Positions 17,522 through 25,601 of a stretch of DNA of 32,000 nt are shown here, piece after piece. The notes beneath the pieces are model-generated. The model worked only from the letters and a program-made list of their open reading frames with translations. It made no database searches and was not told the origin of the DNA. Location: positions 71,727-103,726 of the forward strand of contig NZ_JBDOQU010000013.1 in assembly GCF_039839375.1 (NCBI RefSeq). The letters are read 5' to 3'. Each line of letters starts with the position of its first letter. Positions within the stretch are counted from its first letter, which is position 1. The DNA comes from Inquilinus sp. CAU 1745 (GTDB taxonomy: Bacteria > Pseudomonadota > Alphaproteobacteria > DSM-16000 > Inquilinaceae). Made by a program: the position numbers and the translations under genes.

Positions 17522-18285
17522 CCGACCGTCGTTCCTGCTCGCGCGCCGTGCTGCTCGCGGGCGCCGTCCTCGCCCTTCCGCTCAGCCTGTCGCCGGTGAT
17601 GGTCGCGCCGGCTTCGGCGCAGTGGGTCGTCTATGACCCGACGAACTATGCCCAGAACGTGCTTCAAGCGGCGCGCGCCCTGCAGCAGGTCAACAACCAG
17701 ATCACCTCTCTCCAGAACGAGGCTCAGTCGCTGATCAACCAGGCGCGCAACCTCGCGAGCCTGCCGCACTCCTCGCTTCAGCAGATCCAGCAGTCGGTGC
17801 AGCGGACGCAGGCGCTTTTGACCGAAGCGCAGAACATCGCCTTCGACGTCCAGCAGGTCGATCGGGCGTTCCAGTCCACCTACGGCAACGCCTCGATCTC
17901 GGCTTCCGATCGCGAGCTCGTCGCCGGTGCGCGCGAGCGCTGGCAGAACACGGTAGGCGGGCTTCAGGACGCGATGCGGGTCCAGGCCGGCGTCGTCGGC
18001 AACATCGACACCAACCGCGCCGAGATGTCGGCGCTGGTCGGCCGGAGCCAAGGAGCATCCGGCGCGCTCCAGGCGACCCAGGCCGGCAACCAGCTCCTGG
18101 CCCTCCAGGCACAGCAGCTCGCCGACCTCACCGCCGTCGTCGCGGCCAACGGTCGGGCCGACGCCCTTACCGCCGCCGAGCGGTCCGCCGCCGCCGAACA
18201 GGGCCGCGAGCAGCGCCGTCGTTTCCTGACGCCGGGCTCCGGCTACCAGCCGGGCAGCGCCCGCATGTTCCCGAACGGAAACTGA
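17518..18285 (+). CDS. trbJ: TrbJ (VirB5-like)
   Basis: Signal peptide (..APASAQW), then a coiled Q/A-rich body typical of TrbJ. ATGA overlap with the trbE stop. Confidence 0.85.
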   Translation: MTDRRSCSRAVLLAGAVLALPLSLSPVMVAPASAQWVVYDPTNYAQNVLQAARALQQVNNQITSLQNEAQSLINQARNLASLPHSSLQQIQQSVQRTQALLTEAQNIAFDVQQVDRAFQSTYGNASISASDRELVAGARERWQNTVGGLQDAMRVQAGVVGNIDTNRAEMSALVGRSQGASGALQATQAGNQLLALQAQQLADLTAVVAANGRADALTAAERSAAAEQGREQRRRFLTPGSGYQPGSARMFPNGN

Positions 18286-18293
18286 GAACCGCC

Positions 18294-18602
18294 ATGGACG
18301 GAAGGATGCTCGCGCGGATCGGCGCCGTGGTCTTCGTCGCCTTCGCGCTCACCGCGACGGCGATCGAGATGACCCGCGAAGAGGAAGGGCCAGCGGCCGT
18401 GCCGGCGGTCGCTGCGACCGACGATCCTGGTCATCTCCCCACGGAGCTGACCCGGTGCCAGCAACTCGGCGAAGCGGCGACCAGCGACCAAGCCTGCCTT
18501 CGCGCCTGGGCGGACAACCGCCGTCGCTTCCTCGGCCTCGACGCCCCCGGGGCTGGCCGCTCGTCGGACGTCTCGGCCGTGCCCGTGACGGAGGCTCGTT
18601 GA
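18294..18602 (+). CDS. Putative entry-exclusion protein, TrbK-alt type
   Basis: Small protein between trbJ and trbL with an N-terminal TM helix and the motif ELTRCQQLGEAA..DQACLRAWADNRRRFLG, recalled from the TrbK-alt family. Confidence 0.65.
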   Translation: MDGRMLARIGAVVFVAFALTATAIEMTREEEGPAAVPAVAATDDPGHLPTELTRCQQLGEAATSDQACLRAWADNRRRFLGLDAPGAGRSSDVSAVPVTEAR

Positions 18603-18606
18603 TCCG

Positions 18607-19959
18607 ATGGAAGGCACCGGCGTCATCGACCGCTTTCTCGAGGTCTTTACCCGCTACATCGACAGCGGCTTCGGCCTGCTGAGCAGTGAGGTCGCCTTCA
18701 TCGCGACCACCCTTATCGTCATCGACGTGACGCTCGCCGCGCTGTTCTGGGCCTGGGGCGCCGACGACGACATCATCGCCCGGCTGGTCAAGAAGACCCT
18801 GTTCGTCGGTGTCTTCGCCTACATCATCGGCAACTGGAACAACCTCGCCCAGATCATCTTCGAGAGCTTCGCCGGGCTCGGCCTCCAGGCGAGCGGCACG
18901 GGCTTCACCACCGCCGATCTTATGCGGCCCGGACGTGTCGCCCAGACCGGGCTCGACGCCGGAAGGCCGCTGCTGGAATCGATCTCCGACCTGATGGGCT
19001 ACATCTCGTTCTTCGAGAACTTCATCCAGATCGCCTGCCTGTTTCTCGCCTGGGCGCTGGTGCTGCTCGCCTTCTTCATTCTCGCCGTCCAGCTCTTCGT
19101 CACCCTGATCGAGTTCAAGCTGACCACGCTCGCCGGCTTCGTGCTGATCCCCTTCGGCCTCTTCGGCAAATCCGCCTTCATGGCGGAGCGCGTGCTCGGA
19201 AACGTCATCTCGTCGGGCATCAAGGTGATGGTCCTTGCCGTCATCATCGGCATCGGCTCGACCCTTTTTGGCGAGTTCACCGCCGGCTTCGGCGGCCAGG
19301 AGCCGACGATCGATGACGCAATGGCGATCGTGCTCGCCGCTCTCTCTCTGCTCGGCCTCGGCATCTTCGGCCCCGGTATCGCCAGCGGCATCGTCTCCGG
19401 TGGTCCGCAGCTCAGCGCCGGTGCGGCCGTCGGCACCGGTATGGCCGCGGGCGGCATGATGATCGCCGGCGGAGCCGCTGCGGGTCTCGCCGCGAGGGGT
19501 GGAGCAGCGGCGCTTTCCGGTGGAGCGGCGGCCGTGCGGGGCGGCGCGGCCATGGCCGGTGGCGCATCGACCGCCTACAGCCTCGCCTCGGCCGGACAAT
19601 CCGGCGGCGCGGGCGTGGCATCTGGCCTCGGCGGCGTCGCTCGTGCCGGTGGCAGCGCCGCGATGTCACCGCTCCGCCGCGCCGCTTCCAGTGCAACCGG
19701 CAGCGTCAAGGACAGCTTCAACGCCGGCGGCAAAGCCGCGTTCGAGGCGACCGGCGGCACATCTAGCATGGGCTCCATCGGTGGCGGAGCCGCCGAGGCG
19801 GCCGGTCCGCCGTCTCCCGACACTCCGCCCGCTTGGGCCCGGCGCATGAAGCGCTCCCAATCCCTCAGCCATGGCGCGACCGCCGTCGGCCATGCCGTCC
19901 GCTCCGGCGACGCCCATGGCGGCGGCTCCTCCGTCAACCTCTCCGAAAGCGACCGCTGA
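18607..19959 (+). CDS. trbL: TrbL (VirB6-like) with Gly/Ala-rich C-terminal tail
   Basis: 450 aa, multiple TM helices, conserved FIQIACLFLAWALVLLAFFILAVQLFVTLIEFKL region, low-complexity G/A tail. Confidence 0.9.
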   Translation: MEGTGVIDRFLEVFTRYIDSGFGLLSSEVAFIATTLIVIDVTLAALFWAWGADDDIIARLVKKTLFVGVFAYIIGNWNNLAQIIFESFAGLGLQASGTGFTTADLMRPGRVAQTGLDAGRPLLESISDLMGYISFFENFIQIACLFLAWALVLLAFFILAVQLFVTLIEFKLTTLAGFVLIPFGLFGKSAFMAERVLGNVISSGIKVMVLAVIIGIGSTLFGEFTAGFGGQEPTIDDAMAIVLAALSLLGLGIFGPGIASGIVSGGPQLSAGAAVGTGMAAGGMMIAGGAAAGLAARGGAAALSGGAAAVRGGAAMAGGASTAYSLASAGQSGGAGVASGLGGVARAGGSAAMSPLRRAASSATGSVKDSFNAGGKAAFEATGGTSSMGSIGGGAAEAAGPPSPDTPPAWARRMKRSQSLSHGATAVGHAVRSGDAHGGGSSVNLSESDR

Positions 19960-19961
19960 TC

Positions 19962-20642
19962 ATGTTCAAACGACCCTCGACCCACTACGGCAAGACCCCC
20001 GAGCCGGAGACGCCCTATCAGAAAGCCGCCCAGATTTGGGATGACCGCATCGGCTCGGCCCGCGTCCAGGCGAAGAACTGGCGGCTCGCCGCGTTCGGCT
20101 CGCTCCTGCTCGCCGGAGGGTTTGCTGGCGCGCTGGTTTGGCAGTCGGCGCGCGGCACCATTGTCCCCTGGGTCGTGCAGGTCGACCAGTTGGGCCAGGC
20201 CCAGGCCGTCGAGCCCGCAGTCGCCGCCTATCGGCCGACAGATCCGCAGGTCGCCTTCCATCTCGGCCGGTTTATCGAGCAGGTCCGTTCGATCCCGGCC
20301 GATCCCATCATCGTCCGGCAGAACTGGCTGCGCGCCTATGACTTCACGACGACAAGAGGCGCCGTGGCGCTGAACGAATACGCCCGCGCCAACGACCCCT
20401 TCTCACGCGTCGGGCAAGTGCAGATCTCGGTCGAGGTGTCGAGCGTCATCCGCGCCTCGCCGAGCAGCTTCCGGGTGGCGTGGACCGAACGGCGCTATCA
20501 GGACGGCAGTCTCGCCGGCACCGATCGCTGGACCGCCATTCTGACCGTCGCGGTGCAGCCGCCGCGCGACGCCGAACGGCTGCGCAAGAACCCGCTCGGC
20601 ATCTTCGTCGACGCCATCAACTGGTCACGGGAGCTCGGATGA
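19962..20642 (+). CDS. trbF: TrbF (VirB8-like)
   Basis: MFKRPSTHYGKTPEPETPYQKAAQIWDDRIGSARVQAKNWR, one TM helix, NTF2-like body. The ATG lies 2 nt after the trbL stop; the track start at 19833 is rejected. Confidence 0.88.
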   Translation: MFKRPSTHYGKTPEPETPYQKAAQIWDDRIGSARVQAKNWRLAAFGSLLLAGGFAGALVWQSARGTIVPWVVQVDQLGQAQAVEPAVAAYRPTDPQVAFHLGRFIEQVRSIPADPIIVRQNWLRAYDFTTTRGAVALNEYARANDPFSRVGQVQISVEVSSVIRASPSSFRVAWTERRYQDGSLAGTDRWTAILTVAVQPPRDAERLRKNPLGIFVDAINWSRELG

Positions 20643-21595
20643 TGACGCGCAGGTTCTTTTCCTCGGCCTTGCCTGTGCTTGTCGTCACCGCGACCGCGCT
20701 TGCCGGCTGCGCCACGGTCAAACCGCCGGAGATCAGCTATGACAGCACGGTTCCGTCGCTCCCGGCGCCGCCGGCTCCCTTGGTCGAGGAACGACCACGG
20801 CCGCTACACATCCCGCCGGCTTGGACGCCGAGCAGGGGGGGAACGGCCGCTCGGCAGCCGACGGCGCGTGTTCAGAACGCCAACGCGGCGGCGCGCGTCG
20901 AGCCGCGGCGCGATGGCTACTACAACGCTATCCAAATCTATCCCTACAGCGAGGGCGCGCTCTATCAGGTCTATGCGGCGCCCGGCCAGATCACCAGCAT
21001 CGCGCTCGAGCCGGGCGAGAGCTTGACGGGGGCGGGGCCGATCGCCGCCGGTGACACGGCCCGTTGGATCATCGGCGATACGACCAGCGGCGCTGGCGGC
21101 ACAAGCCGCGTTCATGTCCTGGTGAAACCGACGCGTGCGGACATCGAGACCAACCTCGTCATCAACACCGATCGCCGGACCTACCTCGTCGAGCTTCGCT
21201 CGGGCGAGACCCCCTACATGCCGTCCGTCGCCTGGTCCTATCCGGAGAGCCGGACGACGCGCACGGCTTTGGTGCCAGCGGCGCCCGTCATTCCGCCCGC
21301 CGTGCAACGGAACCACCGATATGCCTTGAGCGGTGATCGTCCGGCCTGGCGGCCGGTCTCGGTCTACGACGATGGCCGGCGAGTCTATGTCGAGTTCCCG
21401 CGCGGTATCGTCCAGGGCGAGATGCCGCCGCTCTTCGTCATCGGCTCGAACGGCGAGCCGGAGCTGGTCAACACCCGCATTCATCAGAACATCCTGATCG
21501 TCGACCGGCTGTTCGCAGCCGCCGAGCTGCGGCTCGGGGCTGAGGACCAGGAACGGGTGCGGATTATTCGAGCCGATGGGAGACCGCCGCGATGA
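20639..21595 (+). CDS. trbG: TrbG (VirB9-like) lipoprotein
   Basis: Lipobox LAGC after MMTRRFFSSALPVLVVTATA; conserved YYNAIQIYPYSEGALYQVYAAPGQITSIALEPGE. Its ATGATG overlaps the trbF stop; the track start at 20480 is rejected. Confidence 0.88.
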   Translation: MMTRRFFSSALPVLVVTATALAGCATVKPPEISYDSTVPSLPAPPAPLVEERPRPLHIPPAWTPSRGGTAARQPTARVQNANAAARVEPRRDGYYNAIQIYPYSEGALYQVYAAPGQITSIALEPGESLTGAGPIAAGDTARWIIGDTTSGAGGTSRVHVLVKPTRADIETNLVINTDRRTYLVELRSGETPYMPSVAWSYPESRTTRTALVPAAPVIPPAVQRNHRYALSGDRPAWRPVSVYDDGRRVYVEFPRGIVQGEMPPLFVIGSNGEPELVNTRIHQNILIVDRLFAAAELRLGAEDQERVRIIRADGRPPR

Positions 21596-22788
21596 GCGAC
21601 ACACCGACAAATGACGGCCGCGAAGAAGAAGCGGCGCGGGAGGTTCAGCCATCCGCGTCTGCCGACGCACTGCGTCTGCGTCCCGCCCCGCCGCGTGTCA
21701 CCCGCCTGTCGCGCAAGGTTCTAGCCGGTCTTGGAGTGGTCGCCGGGCTCGGCATCGGCGGAGCGCTGATTTTCGGCCTGCAAGGAAGTGGCGATGGCGA
21801 TGCTCCGGCTGAACTGATCACCACCGACAACCAGCCGACGGCGGATGGTCTGCGCCGCCTGCCGTCCGACTATGCGAACGTGCCGCAGCTCGGGCCGGCG
21901 CTTCCCGGCGATCTCGGCCGACCGATCGTGCGGGCGCGCGAGGAGGGCCGGCCCGTCCCAGCGCAACCGATGCCGGGCCCCGACCCCGAAGAGCAGCGCC
22001 GTCTTCAGGAGATCGAGGCCGCGCGCACCAGCGAGCTGTTCTTCAGTGCCGGGACGCAGTCGGCCGCGCCCGGCGTCTCGCTCGCCGGTCAGACCGCAGG
22101 CGGTCCGATCGGCCTCCAGGGGCTGGGCGGGGCAACGCCGCCTGGTGCACAGGATCGTCACGCCGGTTTCCTCAACGGTGCCGTGGATCGGCGCACCGTA
22201 TCGACCGACCGGCTCGCTCCGACGGCGAGCCCCTACGTCCTGCAGGCCGGAGCCGTCATACCGGCGGCGCTGATCACCGGCATCCGTTCCGATCTCCCCG
22301 GCCAGATCATCGCCCAGGTGACCCAGCACATCTACGACAGCCCCACCGGCCGCTACCTTCTCGTGCCGCAGGGAACGCGCCTGATCGGCCAATACGACAG
22401 CGGCGTCGCCTTCGGTCAGCGCCGGGTGCTCCTCGTCTGGAATAGGCTGATCCTGCCCAATGGGCATTCGATCGTGCTGGAGCGGCAGCCTGGCGCGGAC
22501 GCGCAGGGCTTCGCAGGCCTTGAGGACGGCGTCGACTATCATTGGTGGGATCTCGCCAAAGCGGCGTCGCTATCGACGCTCCTCGGCATCGGCTCTGAGC
22601 TGGCGATCAATGACGAGCAGCGCTTGCTCGGCGCCATCCGCGACGGCGCGCAGGACACCGTCAATGATGCGGGTCAGGCCATCGTCGAGCGTCAGCTCAA
22701 CGTCGAACCGACCCTCACCATCCGGCCAGGGTTTCCAGTCCGGGTGATCGTGACCCGCGACCTCGTGCTCGAACCCTTCGGAGGCTGA
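21592..22788 (+). CDS. trbI: TrbI (VirB10-like)
   Basis: 398 aa, TM helix, Pro-rich linker, conserved C-terminal domain (VIPAALITGIRSDLPGQIIAQV..GFAGL). ATGA overlap with the trbG stop. Confidence 0.9.
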   Translation: MSDTPTNDGREEEAAREVQPSASADALRLRPAPPRVTRLSRKVLAGLGVVAGLGIGGALIFGLQGSGDGDAPAELITTDNQPTADGLRRLPSDYANVPQLGPALPGDLGRPIVRAREEGRPVPAQPMPGPDPEEQRRLQEIEAARTSELFFSAGTQSAAPGVSLAGQTAGGPIGLQGLGGATPPGAQDRHAGFLNGAVDRRTVSTDRLAPTASPYVLQAGAVIPAALITGIRSDLPGQIIAQVTQHIYDSPTGRYLLVPQGTRLIGQYDSGVAFGQRRVLLVWNRLILPNGHSIVLERQPGADAQGFAGLEDGVDYHWWDLAKAASLSTLLGIGSELAINDEQRLLGAIRDGAQDTVNDAGQAIVERQLNVEPTLTIRPGFPVRVIVTRDLVLEPFGG

Positions 22789-23021
22789 TGATGGCGAAGC
22801 TCAAACTCGGAGTGCTTGTTGACGACAAGCCTGTGAGGCTGACCGTAGACCTGCCCGCCTCGGTGCATCGTGACCTTATTGCCTATGCCGAGGTGCTGGG
22901 ACGGGAAACATCTCAGCCGGTGGGCGAGCCGTCCCGGCTGATCGCCCCGATGCTGGAGCGGTTCATGGCGACGGACCGGGCGTTTTCGAAGGCGAGAAAC
23001 GCGCGAGGCGAGTCGACCTAG
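22788..23021 (+). CDS. DUF2274 domain protein, the usual last gene of this trb operon type
   Basis: MAKLKLGVLVDDKPVRLTVDLPASVHRDLIAYAEVLGRE.. matches DUF2274 as I remember it. TGATG overlap with the trbI stop. Confidence 0.75.
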   Translation: MMAKLKLGVLVDDKPVRLTVDLPASVHRDLIAYAEVLGRETSQPVGEPSRLIAPMLERFMATDRAFSKARNARGEST

Positions 23022-23923
23022 TCCAGCGGCGGGGGAGGACGCTGAGATGCCAGGGCCCTCATCATCGACAGAAAACGGCGAAGCGCGGGATTGTCAGTGT
23101 AGGGAGCCCAGACGGCCGAGAAGGGCAGGACATCCTGTGGGTCGCCGATCGGCTTGAACACGACATTCGGATAGATCACGGCGGCACCGGCTTCGCTAAC
23201 GACACTCAAGCCAAGGCCGAGCGCGACCTTCACGAACAAGGTCTCTCGGGCTACGGGACAACGCACGATGTCCGTCGTCTCGCCGAGCCCGCCTAGCCTG
23301 GCGGTCAGCCAGTCGTAGATCTCGGGACCGGGTTCCTGGAGGCTGACGATGAAGCGCTCGCCTCGTAAATCGGACCATCGAAGTCGCTCCTTCGTCGCAA
23401 CGCGGTGGTCGCGCGCGATCGCCAGAACGACGGACTCCGACCACATCACCTCGCTGTCGAGATCCACAAAATCATGCTGCCCGGTCACAAACGCGATGTC
23501 GAGTTCGCGCTCGCGAAGCTGACGTAGGAGCGCACGTGGTTCTCCTTCGGCAATCTCGACCTCGACGTCGGGATACTGCGCACGGAACAATCTCAGCGCC
23601 TCGTGGCCGAAACCACCGGCAATCGATGCGAAGATGCCAATTCGCAAATATCCGTTTGCTCCGCGTGCCGCAGCGCGAGCACGGCGCGCGCCAAACTCCA
23701 AGTCATGCAGCACGCTGGACGTCGTATGGAAAAAGTCCCGGCCCGCCCGCGTCAGCCTGACGCCCGCGCTATGCCGCTCGAAGATCGAAACTCCCAGCTC
23801 GCCCTCGATCTTCGCGATACGACGGCTGATCGTGGAAGGTTCAACCCCCGCCGCCAACGCGGCTCGACGAATGTTGAGCGCCTCGGCCACATCGATGAAC
23901 GAGCGGAGGTCAGCGAGTTCCAT
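23018..23923 (-). CDS. LysR family transcriptional regulator
   Basis: N-terminal LysR HTH (LRSFIDVAEALNIRRAALAAGVEPSTISRRIAKIEGELGVSIFER) plus a substrate-binding domain. Its stop shares the tetranucleotide CTAG with the DUF2274 stop. Confidence 0.88.
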   Translation of the reverse strand: MELADLRSFIDVAEALNIRRAALAAGVEPSTISRRIAKIEGELGVSIFERHSAGVRLTRAGRDFFHTTSSVLHDLEFGARRARAAARGANGYLRIGIFASIAGGFGHEALRLFRAQYPDVEVEIAEGEPRALLRQLRERELDIAFVTGQHDFVDLDSEVMWSESVVLAIARDHRVATKERLRWSDLRGERFIVSLQEPGPEIYDWLTARLGGLGETTDIVRCPVARETLFVKVALGLGLSVVSEAGAAVIYPNVVFKPIGDPQDVLPFSAVWAPYTDNPALRRFLSMMRALASQRPPPPLD

Positions 23924-23926
23924 GCG

Positions 23927-25141
23927 TCAGCGCGACGCGCAAGCCTCATGCCCAAGCGTTCCATCGATCGCTCGATTCATTGTGGCGGCTGCCTCTGCCG
24001 GAAGGTGATGCGCGGCGTCTGGCACGACCTCATGTCGAGCGCGAGGCAAGGCGGCAGCGATCTCTTCGCCTAGCTCGGAGGGGGTCGCCTCGTCGAGTCC
24101 TCCGGACAGCACGATGGCGTCCGCTTCGATAGACGCAAGTAGCGAGCGAATATCGGCGCGCTCGAGAACCGCTGCGTCGAGCGCCCGAGCCAGCAAGTCC
24201 GGGTCATGCCGCATCATAGTTGCGTGTTCGGCGGCGACTTCGACCGGGTGTTCCGCCAGCCAGCTACTGGCAGTCGTCAGGTTCTGAACCGTCGAGAACG
24301 CCGACGCCCGCTCGGCCTCACCGGCGAGAAGCTCCGCTCGGCGTTCGCGCCACGTATCGAGCCTGTCGGGATACTCGGCACGCGCGCTTGTGTTCACCAA
24401 CACCAGTCGCTCAACGAGTGCGGGATGGCGCGCGGCGATCCGCATCGCGATCATCCCTCCCTGGCTGTGCCCGACAATCGTAGCACGTTCGGCGCCATGC
24501 TCGATGATCCATAGTGCGATGTCCTCGGCTATGCCGTCGAGGTCCAGACCGTCGCGCCAGCCGGACGCGCCGTGTCCCGGCATGTCGAGCGTGACGCACC
24601 GTCGCGTGTCGCTCAGCGCCCGAACCTGCTTCGCCCAGAAGCTACGGTCAAGGAACAGGCCGTGGAGAAAGAGCACGGGTGGCCCCTGTCCGACATCGTC
24701 CCAGCCATAGACGGTGCCGTTGATCGCCGCGCTTCGCGACGCCGTACCGTCCGCTAACGCGCGTCCGATCAGAAACGAATCCTCGAAGATCTGGTAGCGA
24801 GCGATCAGTCCGTCACGGATTGTGAAGCGGATCGCAAAGTCGCTGTCGACGATCGCGCGGGTCGGCACGACGCGGTGACGGAAGCGACCGAGCGCGATTA
24901 CATCTGCGCCGTCGGCGATCATCCGCTCCACCGAGAAGGCCAGCGGGCGGAAGCTGTCGGGAAAGCGCTTCAGCCATCTCCGTACCGCCTCACGCCCCCG
25001 GATGATCCCGACCGTGCCGACCGCCGGATCGCCATCGACATGCCAGATGGCGTCAGAGTGGACGCACGCCATCGCGGCATCGATATCGCTCGCTCCGAAG
25101 GCTGCGAAATAGCGCTGCACTGCGTTGCCTGGCTCAGTCAT
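23927..25141 (-). CDS. Fusion protein: N-terminal SnoaL/NTF2-like domain + C-terminal alpha/beta hydrolase (PcaD-like fold)
   Basis: Residues 1-~130 (QRYFAAFGASDIDAAMACVHSDAIWHVDG...IARYQIFEDS) look NTF2/SnoaL-like. The remainder has LFLHGL, MPGHGAS and the nucleophile elbow GHSQGG. Confidence 0.8.
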   Translation of the reverse strand: MTEPGNAVQRYFAAFGASDIDAAMACVHSDAIWHVDGDPAVGTVGIIRGREAVRRWLKRFPDSFRPLAFSVERMIADGADVIALGRFRHRVVPTRAIVDSDFAIRFTIRDGLIARYQIFEDSFLIGRALADGTASRSAAINGTVYGWDDVGQGPPVLFLHGLFLDRSFWAKQVRALSDTRRCVTLDMPGHGASGWRDGLDLDGIAEDIALWIIEHGAERATIVGHSQGGMIAMRIAARHPALVERLVLVNTSARAEYPDRLDTWRERRAELLAGEAERASAFSTVQNLTTASSWLAEHPVEVAAEHATMMRHDPDLLARALDAAVLERADIRSLLASIEADAIVLSGGLDEATPSELGEEIAAALPRARHEVVPDAAHHLPAEAAATMNRAIDGTLGHEACASR

Positions 25142-25511
25142 GGCGCGCCTCCAATACGGCTCGGAGCGCCGTGATCGCGTTCAGCGCGGCGGGAAAGCCC
25201 GCATAGAGCGCCATCTGGATGATTGTCTCGACGATCTCCTCGCGCGTCGCGCCAACATTAAGCGCGGCGGCGAGATGCACTTCCAGTTGTGGTCGGGCAT
25301 TCCCCATGACCGTCAGCGCGGCGACCGTCGCCAATTCGCGCGTCTTCAGGTCCAGGCCTGGACGGCTGTACACGTCGCCGAAGCCGAATTCGATGATGTA
25401 GCGGCCGAGGTCGGGAGCAAGGTCCGCGAGGCTGGCGATCACCGCCTCGCCGGCAGTGCCGTCAATCTCTGCCAGGCGGGCTTTGCCGCGTTCGAAACGA
25501 TCGTTGGTCAT
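25134..25511 (-). CDS. Carboxymuconolactone decarboxylase (CMD/PcaC-like) family protein
   Basis: FGFGDVYSRPGLDLKTRELATVAALTVMGN..QLEVHLAAALNVGATREEIVETIIQMALYAGFPAALNA. Start at the ATG at 25511 with AGGAGA upstream. Its 3' end overlaps the next ORF by 8 nt (ATGACTGA). Confidence 0.85.
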   Translation of the reverse strand: MTNDRFERGKARLAEIDGTAGEAVIASLADLAPDLGRYIIEFGFGDVYSRPGLDLKTRELATVAALTVMGNARPQLEVHLAAALNVGATREEIVETIIQMALYAGFPAALNAITALRAVLEARHD

Positions 25512-25581
25512 GGAAGTCTCCTTTCGACAACAAAGATGGCGATGTGAGAAGCTTCCAGGAACAGTTGATGACGGAAGACGG

Positions 25582-25599
25582 CTTTCCATTTATGGAAAG
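25582..25599. promoter_or_regulatory. Perfect 18-bp palindrome CTTTCCATTTATGGAAAG, a candidate LysR operator
   Basis: 8-bp perfect arms with a 2-bp centre, ending 2 nt before the LysR ATG (25602). It lies in the 90-bp divergent region shared with the CMD operon. Confidence 0.4.
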
Positions 25600-25601
25600 C
25601 G

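Larger units (their letters stand above)
10825..23021 (+). mobile_element. Conjugative transfer (P-type/Trb T4SS + T4CP) module of an ICE or plasmid. True element borders are not determined; the right border may be at tRNA-Arg (26697).
   Basis: Thirteen co-oriented genes, traG through DUF2274, all intact, six of them joined by overlapping stop/start codons. No integrase, relaxase or oriT is seen in the window. Confidence 0.8.

Noticed and set aside
19380-19800. Repetitive GC-rich stretch (GGCGGC/GCCGCC iterations) that could be mistaken for a tandem repeat or array.
   Set aside because: It is the in-frame Gly/Ala-rich low-complexity tail of TrbL. It has no regular repeat-spacer periodicity and is not a CRISPR or VNTR.
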